A stretch of DNA of 64,000 bases from Schmidtea polychroa (Eukaryota), in NCBI GenBank assembly GCA_044892525.1, contig CM097885.1, forward strand, positions 24,182,001-24,246,000. The letters run 5' to 3'. The translations under genes and the position numbers were made by a program. Each line of letters begins with the position of its first letter. The first letter of the stretch is position 1. Shown piece after piece: positions 1 to 13,479 of the stretch. Under the pieces are notes generated by a model. It did not search any database. It saw nothing but the letters and a program-made list of their open reading frames with translations, and was not told the DNA's origin.

Positions 1-1470
1 AGTGTTCTTTAAATCTAATTAACTTAGTCATAATTTTCTTTAATTATTACTGCGAATTCTTATCATCTTTCAAAATTTCTTACTTAATTTAAAATTGCAT
101 CCTTTAATTTACCAAAAATAGCATTTAATTACTTTTTTTTAAATATATCTCTTATTATTATTTCATAAAAAATCTATTTAAATTTATCATTTAAAATTAT
201 TTCAAAATATTTTGCATCTCAAATTGTCAATTCTCATCGTTGATAGTAAATTGTTGACAATAAAATATTACTGTAATTTTAAAATTTTTACTTTAATTTA
301 CTTAATTTAAAAGTATTACTATAATTTAAAAATTTTAATTTTAATTAAATTCTAGACCATTGATTACTCAAGTATAAAATTTTAAACCTTAATTTACCTA
401 TTTATCATTAATTTACTTTAATTTAACCCTTTATTTAATTAATTTAGCCCTTGTTTACCAAATATAGAAGTTTTAAATATAGACCATTGATTACTTTAAT
501 TTAAAAATGTATCCCTTAATTTACATAATTTCCATCTAAAATTTATTCATAAAAATATTTATATAAAATTGTCATAGAAAAATATTTTATAAGTTTTCAT
601 TTTAAAAATTCATTTCTCATCAGATGATAGTTATTCAAAATATCTGACAATAAATTATTAATTTAATTTAAAATTTTACATTAATTTACTTTACTTTAAA
701 ATTTTGAACTTAATTACTTTAATTTAAAACTTAACCTTAATTCACCAATTTAATTTAATTTACTTAATTTTAAAATTTGGTCCTTAAATTACTAATTTGA
801 ACCCTTAATTTACTTAAGTTTAAAAATTTAGAACTTAATTCAAAATTTTCGACCATAATTTAACTATTTATCATTAATTTACTTTAGTTAATTTTAGATC
901 CTTGATTAATTCAATTTAAAAATTTAGACCCTTTATTTAATTTAATTGAAAATTTTAGACTTTAATTTGCTTATTTATGCTTAGTTTATTTAAGTTTAAA
1001 AATATTGACTTTTTTTAATTTACTTTAATTTAAAATTTAATCATTAATTTACCTAATTGAAAATTTTACACCGTAATTTTCATGTAAAAATGTCATTGAA
1101 AAAATTTATATTGTTAGATAATTTTACATATATTGTTAGATAATTTTAAATATATTTCTAGATAATTTTAAATATATTTTAGAATAACTCAGTAATTGGT
1201 CTCAATAAGAATTAATTCTCAATGAGAATTAAGAAAAAGGAAATAAAAGAAAGAAAGAAATGTATTTTCGGGAAGAAGATTGCAAAGTTCCAGGAGATTG
1301 ACAAAGACTATCTTATAGTCGAAAATGTTTTTTCATTAAATACATTATTTACAGCTAAAGGTTTAAATTATCACTTTATTGTTTTAAATAATATTTTGAA
1401 AATAATAATAATAACAGTAATAATAATAGTAATAAGATCTTTGTTCTATTGGAGTCCTGTTTTATGAGTC
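1..1470. repeat. Copy A (partial) of the ~3-kb duplicated segment; degenerate AT-rich satellite
   Basis: Base 1 aligns with 7851 and 20120 (agtgttctttaaatctaatt...). Homology to copy B continues, with indels, to ~1470 / ~9250. Internal sub-repeats such as ttaatttacttaattt and attctcatc. Confidence 0.9.
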
Positions 1471-1560
1471 ATTGTCTTTGTTCTAAAAAAGATGAGTCAT
1501 CGATGAGTCATTGTCTTTGGTAAAGTGTCTATATGTCTTTCTTTAAAAATGATGAGTCAT
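1464..1560. promoter_or_regulatory. Cluster of four perfect AP-1/TRE-type sites (ATGAGTCAT)
   Basis: ATGAGTCAT at 1464-1472, 1492-1500, 1503-1511 and 1552-1560. The homologous region has two more at 9345-9353 and 9404-9412. Function is not demonstrated. Confidence 0.4.
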
Positions 1561-1802
1561 TGACTTTGTTTTGGCGCGTTTAACTAGTACTTTATATTGT
1601 TTTAGAAGTATTGTCCCTTTTTTTTGCATTCCTGTGGATGCTGCTGTGTGAGTTGTATGACTTAAATTGACAATAAATTGATTTGAACTGCTATATTCCA
1701 AATTATCAGTCGACAAACCTGCACCGCTTCACCATCCGCAGTGCTTGTGTAGAAATATATTTGCCATTTCAGGAGACCAATCGAAATCAAGGAAAGAATA
1801 GG

Positions 1803-1905
<103 letters not shown>

Positions 1906-2327
1906 TTGTGGTTTTTTAAAACTTAAATATATTTTACAAACACATTTTAAACGTTAATGTTGACTTATTTAACAAAGACATAATAAAACTAAAATTATTA
2001 AATTAAAGATGCAATAATTAAACCAAAATACATGACATACAGAATACATTAGATATTTGATGGATAAATCTTCTAGAAAATTATAATTATTCATTGATGT
2101 AGTAATCAACAAAAAAACAAAATAGAGAAAAATTCAATAATTAAAATAAAACAAGAGTGCAAATAAAATTATATATTGGATTTTTTGGACCGACTTTTAT
2201 TTTAGATTTTTAAGGAAGGTGGAGGAAATTGCTACCACAGTTGTGATTTCTAGTCACTATTCTAGTCTGCGGTACAGAAATCACCTGATTTGTATGATGT
2301 TCGGTGGTTTATGGATGTCCCAGGTAA

Positions 2328-2510
2328 TTTAAACCCTTTTGCTTTAACTGTTTCCTTACTGCCTAAAAGACTATAACATTTCGGGCGTAAGAAAACCCAT
2401 TCAGAATATCCTAATCCATTTCACTCATCTTTAAACTTCCCGATGACTGAGTCAAGGTTCCTATTATACAAGGGGTGTGTTGGATCATAGTTCGATGTAA
2501 CCAATAAATT
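2328..2510 (-). mobile_element. Polinton/Maverick-type family B DNA polymerase fragment (C-terminal, decayed)
   Basis: Manual translation NLDSVIGKFKDE*NGLGYSEWVFLRPKCYSLLGSKETVKAKGFK carries the GKFKDE / LRPKxY / KAKG motifs of protein-primed PolB. Contains an in-frame stop. Confidence 0.8.
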
Positions 2511-3685
2511 ATCTGAGATCGTCTGAGGTAATAATATTGATAATTTAAGATTTTTTTTTTCGAGAAATGCTAAATATTTTACTCAATTACCTTTTGCTAA
2601 ATATTATTTTAAATGACTAAAAATGACAAAGTTAACCAATAAATTAGTCGCTCAAAATAGGAATATTAACGAAATATATTACATAAATGGAAATATTTCT
2701 CACTAAATTACCTAAGAATTTCTAACTAATATATATGTGCCTTAATTAATATACCGTTGCGACCAATACCTTTACGACAAATACCGATAGGGGGACAAAA
2801 TATCTTTGCGGATAAATATATATATATATATATATATATAAAAGAACTTACAATATGCTATGATCTTTATTGATTAATTTGTTATATATATCAAGAGACT
2901 GATATTCATAAATTAACTAAAATTACTCAAATATATTATATTACCTAAATGTTTTTACTTAATGATACATTAAATGATCTTGTTTTTTTAATATACCTAT
3001 GAGTCAATTTCTAAAATAATCATGTTATTTTATCATGCATTATTTGAATATAAATTTGCTGAATGTGAAATGAACAAGTTTCTTGTTAAATTTCGTAAGA
3101 ATTTAATAATTAATGATATTTTGCAGAAAGGTATATAAAATCTCTATGAATGTTTTCGTCAAAATAAATTAGTTCCTAAAAAACTCACAAAGAATTGCCC
3201 TATAAATTTTATTCGAAACTACCCCCAATTAAATGTTTTGTTGTTTTATTATTTTCACAAGTTTATTATTATTATTTTTTTAAATCGGCATTAATTGAGA
3301 AGGAGATTTCGATTTCCACTTGTCTCATTGGAAAACCTTATAAAATAGGACTACACTAGAACAAAGATGTTATTATGATTAATATTATTAATATTATTGT
3401 TATTATTACTATTATTATTATTATTTTCAAGATATTATTTATCAAAATAATATTATCAATATTAATATTATTATTATTATTATTACTATTATTATTATAA
3501 AGTGATGATTTCTTGGTAGGAGCATTTATTATTTAAAACAATCATTTAAGCGTTTTGGTGCAAATAATGTATTTAATGAAAAAGATTTTCGACTTGTAGT
3601 CCTTGTCAAACTCTTGGAATTTTCTTACCGAAAATACATTTCTATCTCTCTTTTATTTTCTTTTTCCTAATTCTCATTGAGACCA

Positions 3686-3852
<167 letters not shown>

Positions 3853-4310
3853 TATACCGAATTTTATGTCTGGTACAAATATTGTGGATTAAATTTATTT
3901 TAAAAATTGAGACATCCGAACTCAGATATAAGAGAAGTAAAAATTAAAAAAATATAAAACAAAAATAAAATAATATTCAGAGTAAATATAAAAGTCAAAT
4001 TAAAAATCTAAATTTATTATAATTTATAACAATTAAAATTTTGGTAAAATAGTTTTGACATTTTTGTGCAGAATCTAAGTAGAAATTATATGAATTAAAA
4101 TATAACAATATAAACTTTCAATTATTTATCGTTAAAACAAATTAAATAAAATTAAATCTGTGGCTGTTTTTTATGGGAAGTAATGAAGAAGTAATTAAAA
4201 TTTTGTATTCTTAGTATAAATAAATAAAATAACAGGAAACAAATAAAATAATAATCAATGTAAATATAAAAGTCAAATTATAAATCTAAATTTATTACAT
4301 TTTATAAATA

Positions 4311-5216
4311 TTAATATTTTGGTAAAATAATTTTGACATTTTTGTGCAGAATCTTAGAAAAGGAGGCGATATTCGATTTTGACAATCCAATTGAATCTGC
4401 TAGCAATTTTGCGTCTACGTCGACATTTTTTAAGTCACAGACCAATTGAATGCAACATACCGCAATCAAAACGCTTCCTTTAATGCGAAATTCACTAATT
4501 TCACTTACATTTTTTACTGCTTCTTTTACAAGCTTTTCTATTTTGAAATCCGTCACGTCTAAATAATATAAAAATCTGCCAACGAGTAAATCTGGCTTGA
4601 TTTCACGCGTTGGTCGTTTCAATGCAGTTTGGATAAGTTTTAATAACTTTTTGAATTTCTTTTCATCAACCAGTGGACATTCGTTTAATATTTCTTTCGG
4701 CAGTCTCGGAACTTCATTGTCTACGCAAGCCAAATATAGACATACGCAATTCAAGGTCGCTTTGTTTCGCTTGACACAGGCCTCTGATTTTGTAATTTCA
4801 TGGAGTAGAGATACAGCTCGCGAATAAACATTTCTATCTACTTTTATTCTTTCACACAAATCTGCGATTTGTCGTTTCTGGGACGCCAATGACACTTCTT
4901 TGCTACTCTTAGTTGAAAGGAATTTAAATTTCGAATTTCCATTTTCATCTAGAAATCTGAGGTTAAAACCTGTTTGAACGGCAGTCGATGTTTGTCCATC
5001 TGTTTCTGACGTTTCCACCTCTCCGACTCGACAAGCGTCATGTCCATCCGTTCCATCGGATGCGAATGTTCTCCATTCACTAGAAGGATCAATCGCCCGT
5101 TCAACTACAACCAGACCACAAGCGGAACATATCATATCTCCAGTTCGACAATCAGTTATTAGAACTCTATTTGGATGATATTTACAATGAACCATTTTCA
5201 TATTGTCATTATTCAT
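4311..5216 (-). CDS. GTF2B: Transcription initiation factor IIB-like protein, intronless divergent paralogue (301 aa)
   Basis: Zinc ribbon CKYH...CSAC in the metazoan-type context GDMICSACGLVV; B-reader IDPSSEWRTF; D-x-x-RVG motif (DACRVG); two cyclin-like repeats (CLYLAC...VPR..KEI; RF...L). Uninterrupted full-length ORF from ATG to TAA. Confidence 0.92.
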   Translation of the reverse strand: MNNDNMKMVHCKYHPNRVLITDCRTGDMICSACGLVVVERAIDPSSEWRTFASDGTDGHDACRVGEVETSETDGQTSTAVQTGFNLRFLDENGNSKFKFLSTKSSKEVSLASQKRQIADLCERIKVDRNVYSRAVSLLHEITKSEACVKRNKATLNCVCLYLACVDNEVPRLPKEILNECPLVDEKKFKKLLKLIQTALKRPTREIKPDLLVGRFLYYLDVTDFKIEKLVKEAVKNVSEISEFRIKGSVLIAVCCIQLVCDLKNVDVDAKLLADSIGLSKSNIASFSKILHKNVKIILPKY

Positions 5217-5778
5217 TTTATTTGTTTAATAATTATATAAATTAATTAATTAATTAAGCAAATTATTTATATATTATTATTTATTTAATTCTTCATTGGT
5301 TAAAAGTAATTGTTAATCTAAAAAATGCTAAAATATTTTTATATTTAATGTTTTGTGTAAGGTTTTCCGATGAGACAAATGAAAATCGAAACCTCCCTCT
5401 CAATTAATGCACATCTGTAATCAGCAAATGTAATAATTGTAATAATAAATTCGAAATTATTTCGCTGTTTTTTCAAATATGTAAAACTATTTTCTTCTGA
5501 TTTAAATTTTATTTGAATTTGGACAGTTTCATATTTGTGAAAAATAGGGCTGGAATAGCTGTACTGACCTCATGGAAATGTATTTTCCTTATAATTTCGT
5601 TTATAAAGTTAATTATCATAGGAATCTATGTAATGTATTGACAAAAAAAGATTTTGAAAGTAATTAAATGATAAATTATTATATTTTTACATAAATTTAT
5701 GTAATTAAATTTTCTTTAGTTTGTTTTATTTTTTTATTTATTATTTTAAAATTCTTTAATTAATCTTACTCGAGGAAA

Positions 5779-6195
5779 ATTCTCAGCACATACTATCAAC
5801 ATCTTTGCTGTTATTTTCTCTTTGGTGAATTCTTTATTCTCAAACAACCTGTCAACAAGGTCCTACACTTTTTTAAAATATGTTTCAATCTCTTCGCCTC
5901 TTCTTTTATAATTCAATAAACTTTCCATATCCTTTATTACGTCCCTTTCGTAATCAAATGCCATTCGTAACCTGGCTTGAAATCCTTCTGCTTTTTTAAC
6001 TGTTTTCGCATATTTCTCCAATAGATCCTCGTCGATCATGCATGCGGTGAATCTTTCTTGTTCTTTTTTATTGATGCCTTTAGCATCGAATTAGATCTTG
6101 GATCTTCTGATGAATTTTTCCAAGTCATCACCTTGACAGAACACTTTTGGCAATAATCTTTCGTTAATCGCGTCGGTGTTTACCGCTGCCACCAT
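5779..6195 (-). pseudogene. Gypsy-type gag 5' fragment with PBS (copy B)
   Basis: Same sequence as 18054-18470 but with different stops (ATC-TAA-TTC; GTG-TAG). PBS TGGTGGCAGCGGT at 6182-6194 on the minus strand. Confidence 0.8.
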
Positions 6196-6888
6196 ATCAG
6201 GATTCTCATCCGTTTTTAAATCACTAAATAATTCCATGAATTTTCTTTAATAAAAGATATTTCAATTCGGGTAAAGTATACCTATAAAATAAAAATTTAA
6301 TAAAAAAATATTATAATTTAAATGATATATTTTAATAAATGTTTACGCAAAAATTTGCAAATCATTATTATTTATTACAATGAATATTTACAAATTTTAT
6401 TTTACAAATTTTATTTACTAAAAAATAAAAATTTACTAAATTAAAAATATTAACATTTACTTAAATAAAAAATTATATTAAATTTCCTTTAAATTATAAA
6501 AAGGAATCAATACTTACATTGTAAATTTTTATTTCGATTTATTGACATAATTTTTCTCTTTATTCGTATTACCTAAATTATCAATTAATTAAATCAATAA
6601 ATTAAAAATTATGTTTACTTTTTCTTTTCAAATTTCCTTTAATCTTCGATTTCAAATTGTCTTCATTAATATTATGTAACTAAATAAATTATTTAATTAA
6701 TCAATAAATTAAAATTTACCAAATTTCTGAATTTTTTTCTCGGACATTCATAACGTTTTCTATTAGAGAATTCATTTTTAAAGTTAAATATTTGTAAAAT
6801 GTGACTAATGATAGATTATTGTTTATAGACTGAAGATAATAAACAGGAACAAATTCTAACCAATCAAAATCAAGGAAAGGTAGGAAAA

Positions 6889-6946
<58 letters not shown>

Positions 6947-9143
6947 CGTTGCGGTATTTAAATTTAAATTTATTTTAAAAATCCATTTTGACGCTAAAGT
7001 CGATTTATATAACAAAGACATAATATACTCATTATTTCCTACAAATATTTCACCCATCAAATACCTACCTAGAGATGATATATATTGATTGATCATAATA
7101 GCAAACTAAATCACAAATTTCAGTATATCTTACAATAATTTTCAAGTAAATTTGAAGTCCTTGATAAAGTTAACTGGTTTCTTAGCTTATGTATTTTTAA
7201 AAGTTCATCAATGTGTAAATGAAAATATTCTTAGAAAAGTATTGAAAAGATTATTGAGTCAAGTGCAATACAAAGTCATCTAAAATTAAACCTATTACTT
7301 GATTATTAACTTAACAGTCATTAAAAAAATTAATTTTTTTTTTAAAATTTAGAAAATTATCAAGAAATTCAATTAATATCACCATTAAAACTTTAAATAT
7401 TTAATCAATCAACATGAAATTCTTAGAAAATATACAAAAAACTACTTAGTCAAATTCAATTACATTACAAAGTCATATCCTATCACTTGATAATTAACCT
7501 AACTGTCAATAAAAATAATTTTTATTTAAAATTAAAAATCAATCAATAAAAATGCATCCAATTATCAAGAAATTAATTAAATTTATCTTAGAACTAACTT
7601 TAAATTTTTAAATATTCATTCAATCCACATGAAATTCACGAAAATGATAAAAATTCTCAAAAACCATCAACTCTAAAAAAAATTACTAATGAATAGACAC
7701 CAAAATTTATCTAAATAATCTTTCAAATTAATTCATTAAAATTGAAGACAACACGTTGGAATTTGTCATTACATTCAATTAAAATTAACTAAATCAAGAT
7801 ATGAACTTTGATAAAAAATATTATTGTAAAATGGTTAGAATTAACACTGTAGTGTTCTTTAAATCTAATTAATTTAGTCATAATTTTCTTTAATTATTAC
7901 TACTAATTCTCATCATCTTTCAAAATTTATTACTTAATTTAAAATTGCATCCTTTAATTTTCTTAATTTTAAATTTTAGCATTCAATTTACCAAAAATTG
8001 CATTTAATTACTTTTTTTAAATATATCTCTTATTATTATTTCATAAAAATTCTATTTAAATTTATCATTGAAAATTATTTCAAAAAGATTTGCATCTGAA
8101 ATTGTCAATTCTCATCGTTGATAGTTTTTCAAAATATCTGACAATAAATTATTACTGTAATTTTAAAATTTTTACTTTAATTTACTTAATTTAAAAGTAT
8201 TACTATAATTTAAAAATTTTAATTTTAATTTAATTCTAGACCATTGATTACTCAAGTATAAAATTTTAAACCTTAATTTACCTATTTATCATTAATTTAC
8301 TTTAATTTAACCCTTGTTTAAAATATTGACCATTGATTACTTTAATTTAAAAATGTATCCCTTAATTTACATTATTTCCATCTAAAATTTATTCATAAAA
8401 ATATTTATATAAAATTGTCATAGAAAAATATTTTATAAAAGTTTTCATTTTAAATTTTCATTTCTCATCAGATGATAGTTATTCAAAATATCTGACAATA
8501 AATTATTAATTTAATTTAAAATTTTACATTAATTTACTTTAATTTAAAATTTTGAACTAAATTACTTTAATTTAAAACTTAACCTTAATTCACCTATTAA
8601 ATTTAATTTACTTAATTTTAAAATTTGGTCCTTAAATTACTAATTTGAACCCTTAATTTACTTAAGTTTAAAAATTTGGAACTTAATTTAAAATTTTCGA
8701 CCATAATTAACCTATTTATCATTAATTTACTTTAGTTTAATTTTTGATCCTTGATTAATTCAATATAAAAATTTAGACCCTTAATTTAATTTAATTGAAA
8801 ATATTAGACCTTAATTTGCTTATCTATCCTTACTTTATTTAAGTTAAAAAAATAGACTTTTTTAAATTTACTTTAATTTAAAATTTAGCCATTAATTTCC
8901 AAATTGAAAATTTTAGACCATAATTTTCATGTAAAAATGTCATTGAAAGGAAATAAAAGAAAGAAAGAAATGTATTTTCGGGAAGAAGTTTGCAAAGTTC
9001 CAGGAGATCTGCAAAGACTATCTTATAGTCGAAAATGTTTTTTCATTAAATACATTATTTGCAGCTAAAGGTTTAAATTATCACTTTATTGTTTTAAATA
9101 ATATTTTGAAAATAATAATAATAATAGTAATGATAACAATAAT

Positions 9144-9206
<63 letters not shown>

Positions 9207-9250
9207 TGTAATAAGTTCTTTGTTCTAGTGGAGTCCTGTTTTATGAGTCT
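5779..9250. repeat. Copy B of the duplicated segment (gag 5' part, PBS, LTR end, AT-rich satellite)
   Basis: 5779-8718 is near-identical to 18054-21053. 7851-~9250 matches 1-~1470. Confidence 0.92.
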
Positions 9251-10069
9251 TTGTTCTAAAAAAATAGATGATGAATCGTTTGACGAGTCTTTGTTCTAAA
9301 AATAAATGATGCATTGTCTTTGTTCTAAAAAGGATAAGTCATCGATGAGTCATACAGAAAGGGGGATGTGAAAAAAAAATAAAACAGTACCCACATTTAA
9401 ACGATGAGTCATCGATAAGTCATTGTCTTTGGTAAAGTGTCAGCATTGGCATCGACATGGAGTTCCAATATTCATTATTATATTTAATATTACTGTTTAT
9501 ATTTCACATTTGTCTGTTATTGAATGAATGTAGAAAGCCTCCTTCTCTATATAGATGACTTGTTAATGAATTCCTAATTAGAAAGTTTACTCATGTCAAG
9601 AGGCTATAATTACTTTGTGAAATAGGCAAAGATTTTTTCTTCATGTTACCATATTCATGTTAACATGTTATCAACAACTGATTAATGACAAATTGCAAAT
9701 TATTGACTATTTTCAATTAATATAATATTATTACTTTTCATTAATAAATGTTTTAAGGCAGTACGAATATTAGTAATCAATTAAAAGTTGAGCAGATCTT
9801 TTGTGAATAAAAATTAGAATTCTATAGTCTTTCGTTGTTATTTTAAAATATTTGAATTATTTTCAATTTCACGTGGTGTTTTAAAGTGTTTGAGTTGATA
9901 ATTATTCATTTTTGACGAAAATCAATATTTTTGTTAAATTTAGACTTAGACAGAAAATGTTTTTCTACTGATTGTAATTAAATATATTTTTGAATTTAAT
10001 ACATATAAAGGGTTAATTTATTTAAAAAGCATTTGATAAAATACAATGAAGAATATTTAGTTGATTGTA

Positions 10070-10392
10070 AATACCTGGTTGTAAGTCTTTAGTATCTGGT
10101 TGTTTGAGAGTTACTTAGTATTTGGTATCTGGTACCTAGTTAGTTGGTTGTTGTTGATTGTTAGAAAATAATCTTTGAAACTAATCTGTTAGTAGCTAGT
10201 TGTTTGTTGGTTGTTAATACATGGTAGCAGCTATCTGGTTGTAAGTTCTTAGTTGTAAGTATTTGGTACTTATTTGTTAGTACCTAGTTAAAAATCCTTA
10301 GCAGCTGATAGTTGGTATTTATTATCTGAATGTAAATAATACCTAGATAGTACATATTTGTTAGTATTTTGGTTGTAGGTATCTGGTTGAAT
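10070..10392. repeat. Degenerate short-period minisatellite (tatctgg/tacctag/tagttgg-like units)
   Basis: Repeated gtatctggttg / tacctagt / tagttggt motifs. Confidence 0.6.
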
Positions 10393-10577
10393 TTTAGATT
10401 TTGACAAGAATTTAAGAAATATTCTTCTTCCTGAATTAAGAAAAGCTTATTATAAGCAAATATATGATGATGAATAAATTTTGTATCTTTATCACTGTCT
10501 TGTTAATTTTTATTTATTATTATAGTTATTTTTTATGTGTTGTTAATAAAGTCTTTAGTTGTTAAGTATTTGGTTGA

Positions 10578-10610
<33 letters not shown>

Positions 10611-11388
10611 ATTATTACTTGCGAAATTTGCATCTAAATTTTCTTTAAAAATTATTTCATAAAAACTTTCATTAAAGATTTTAATTTCACAATAGCTGCC
10701 TATCATTCAAACCTTTTGATTATAAAATTAAAATTATTACTTTAATTAACTTATTTAAAAATTTACTTTAATTTAAAATTTTTATTTATTTTACTTAATT
10801 TAAAAATATTACTTAAATTTTTAAAATCTTTGAACAATGATTACGTTTTTTTAAAAATAAAAGCCCATAATTTAATTTGATCAATTTTTAGACTCTTAAT
10901 TTACTTAAAATTAAATTATTCTCATCATCTTTCAAACTTTATTACTAGTTTTTAAAATTTAGCCCTTCATTTACTTATTTACCAAATATAACCCTTATTT
11001 ACTAATATTTTTAGTAGAAAAAATTAATTGAAATCGATCTTTGAAATTAATTTAATAAAAATTTGTATTAAATTTTGCCTTTGAAAATTATTTCATAAAA
11101 CTTTCTATTTAAAATTATCTTACAAAATTATTTCATAAAAAATTTCATTTCTCAACAGCTTGCAATTATTCAAACTTTGTCATAATAAATTTAAAATTCT
11201 TTCTTTTATTTACTTTCAATATATAAGAAGTTATATTATACAAAGAAATTCAATAGACTGACTGTATTATGGAAACACACAAACTTACCTGCGCTTTAAA
11301 TTTTAATGTTTTAATGAATAAAATCTTTTATATAGAAGGTGAGAAAGTGGTAGAAAAATAAAATTAACACACAAATACAGCACATATA

Positions 11389-12281
11389 CACCAAACACCA
11401 CTGAGATACGTTCTCTATAGTGGTGGTTGGCGTGTAAATTCACTCACCAATTTATTTACCAATTGTAATTGGTTGTAATTGTAAATCATCTTTGTCAATT
11501 TATCATGTCTCATTTATATATTTTGGAAATTTATTTTAGCCATTTTACAAATGGCTTTCAAGTAATTTTTTTTATTTAAAGTAAATTTTAAGACTTGAAT
11601 TCTGATCCATATGAGATATGAGATCATTATTCAAGTTCTTAAATATTACTTTTAATCAACAGTATAATTATATATTATTTTAATTAATTTTCAGGGTTTC
11701 TAGGAATTTTATGATATTTACCTCTATTTATTTTAGAATTATTTCGAAAAAATGTGAGTCCGATATATTTTTAATTATAGTTAATGAAATAAATAAATCA
11801 ATCACCTAAAATATTTATTTTTTTAAAACATTTTGGGGAAAATCGATGATTAAAATAATTTTTGTAATTTTTTTTCTGAACTCAATATGAGGAGCTTCTT
11901 TCAGGAAATCAAATCGGGATTGAAATGTTATTGAACCAAATTCATCTGCTCTTAATATTTTCATTAAAAATATAATTTTAAAAATTTTCAACGATCTTTT
12001 TTTTCTAAAAATTGTCAAAAATAAAGTTTATTATAGAAACGTATCTCATCGTTACATTTATACGAATCAAAAATTTGTATGTGCTTTTTAGTATGTGTTG
12101 CGTTTGTGTGCAGTTTTTAATTTTCCTTCCACTTTTCAGTTTTCTATAATATAAGATGTATCTCACTGAGCTATAAATTAGAACATCAACGTGAAATCAA
12201 AGTAAGTATGATGTTTCTATAATGTAAGATTATTGATTTTTTTGTTATATTATAGGAAACGGTTCTCAGTGGTGTTTGGTG
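11389..12281. mobile_element. Putative MITE-like element with inverted termini and TA flanks
   Basis: CACCAAACACCACTGAGA at 11389 and its exact reverse complement ending at 12281, each flanked by TA. Weaker inverted homology extends over 11240-11420 versus 12030-12250. No coding capacity seen. Confidence 0.45.
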
Positions 12282-13479
12282 TAAACCAAAGCGCAATTGA
12301 TAATGACTAAATGGACATTAAATAAAATCCAGTCAATTGCGCTTTTTATTAATTTTAATATTAACAGAAATTTTAAATGATTAATCATGTGTATTTAATT
12401 GACTTATTTTCTTTTTTATTTAATATAAATATTTTAAAATATAAATTAGGAAAGCCAATGAATGCCGTTTATAGGTTATTGTAATGAAAATTTGAAATTA
12501 ATATTTTGGGGAATTAGATAAATTTTTATAACTTGAGAATACAATTTAATATTTAACGAGTTTGTGAAGCTTTAAATTAAAGTTTGTGTAAAGCATGTTT
12601 AAACATTTCCGTATTTTAAAATACAATTTTTCATATAACTTGTTGAAAGTTGTAATTGTTAATTTTTTTAAAGACACCTGAAATCAGAAAAAAATTTTTA
12701 TTAAATTTGTATTGAAATAAACTTTGTAAAAAAATATTTTTAATGAACAATCTTCGTTTAAGTCAAAGAATTTTAAAATGATAATTTATTTAAAATATAT
12801 ATCAATAAAATTAAATATTATTTAAAATAAATAATAATTTTTAAATTGTAAAATTTAATTATTTTTATTTTAATAGTCATTTAAAATTATTTATTTTGCT
12901 TATGCTATAAATTATTAAATACATATTAAATATTAAGTTTAAAGCGTTTAAAAAATAATTTATTAGTAATTTAGATATAATTGGTGTTGTATTATAAATA
13001 AGAAAAAGTGAATTTAGTATAAAAATATATTTTAAAAAAACAAAATTTGTCATATTCTGATATTTGCGACCAAATATTTTATAAGAATAAAATTTTTTTT
13101 ACAATTTATTTTTAAACTTTATAAATTTTATATATTTTTTTGGAAAATATTGTAAATTTGAATATCATTTAAGTTAATAATTAATTTGTTTAAATTTATC
13201 TAAATTATATAATATATAAACTAATCCAAAAACCAAATAAATGTTTTGATTCAGAAAAGATTTCGAGTTCAGTTCTGAATGTTTTACATTGAATGACAAA
13301 TAGAATATAACAGAAAATACCAGAAATGGAAGGAAAATATTTTTGTAACAGAGTTTAATGAAATTCTATTCGGGTTATGATGTAAAATAACCATTGATGT
13401 TTGAAATAACGAATATTTACCAGGAAGGTCATTGTGGAGTAATTGAGATATTAATTAAAGAAAAATGTGCGAAAACATA

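Noticed and set aside
4597..4827. Antisense or alternative-frame ORFs over real coding sequence (also 17692, 17952, 27329, 45842, 48332, 49097, 51518, 51737, 56465, 56500, 57316, 57452, 62792, 63563)
   Set aside because: Shadow ORFs of genes or transposases, with no recognisable motifs.
5260..5300. TATA and CCAAT boxes upstream of TFIIB
   Set aside because: Plausibly placed but expected by chance at this AT content; not reported without TSS data.
5366..5400. Hammerhead-like CCGATGAG...CGAAAC upstream of TFIIB (and CTGATGAG on the minus strand at ~618, 8464, 20771)
   Set aside because: The core is altered or stems I and III and the cleavage triplet cannot be formed.
6196..6720. Domesticated, spliced gag gene starting at MELFSD with a 236-nt 5'UTR intron (6282-6517)
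   Set aside because: The PBS and LTR end show that the upstream ATG lies in the LTR, and all copies carry stops or truncations. Splice-like motifs are weak evidence in AT-rich DNA.
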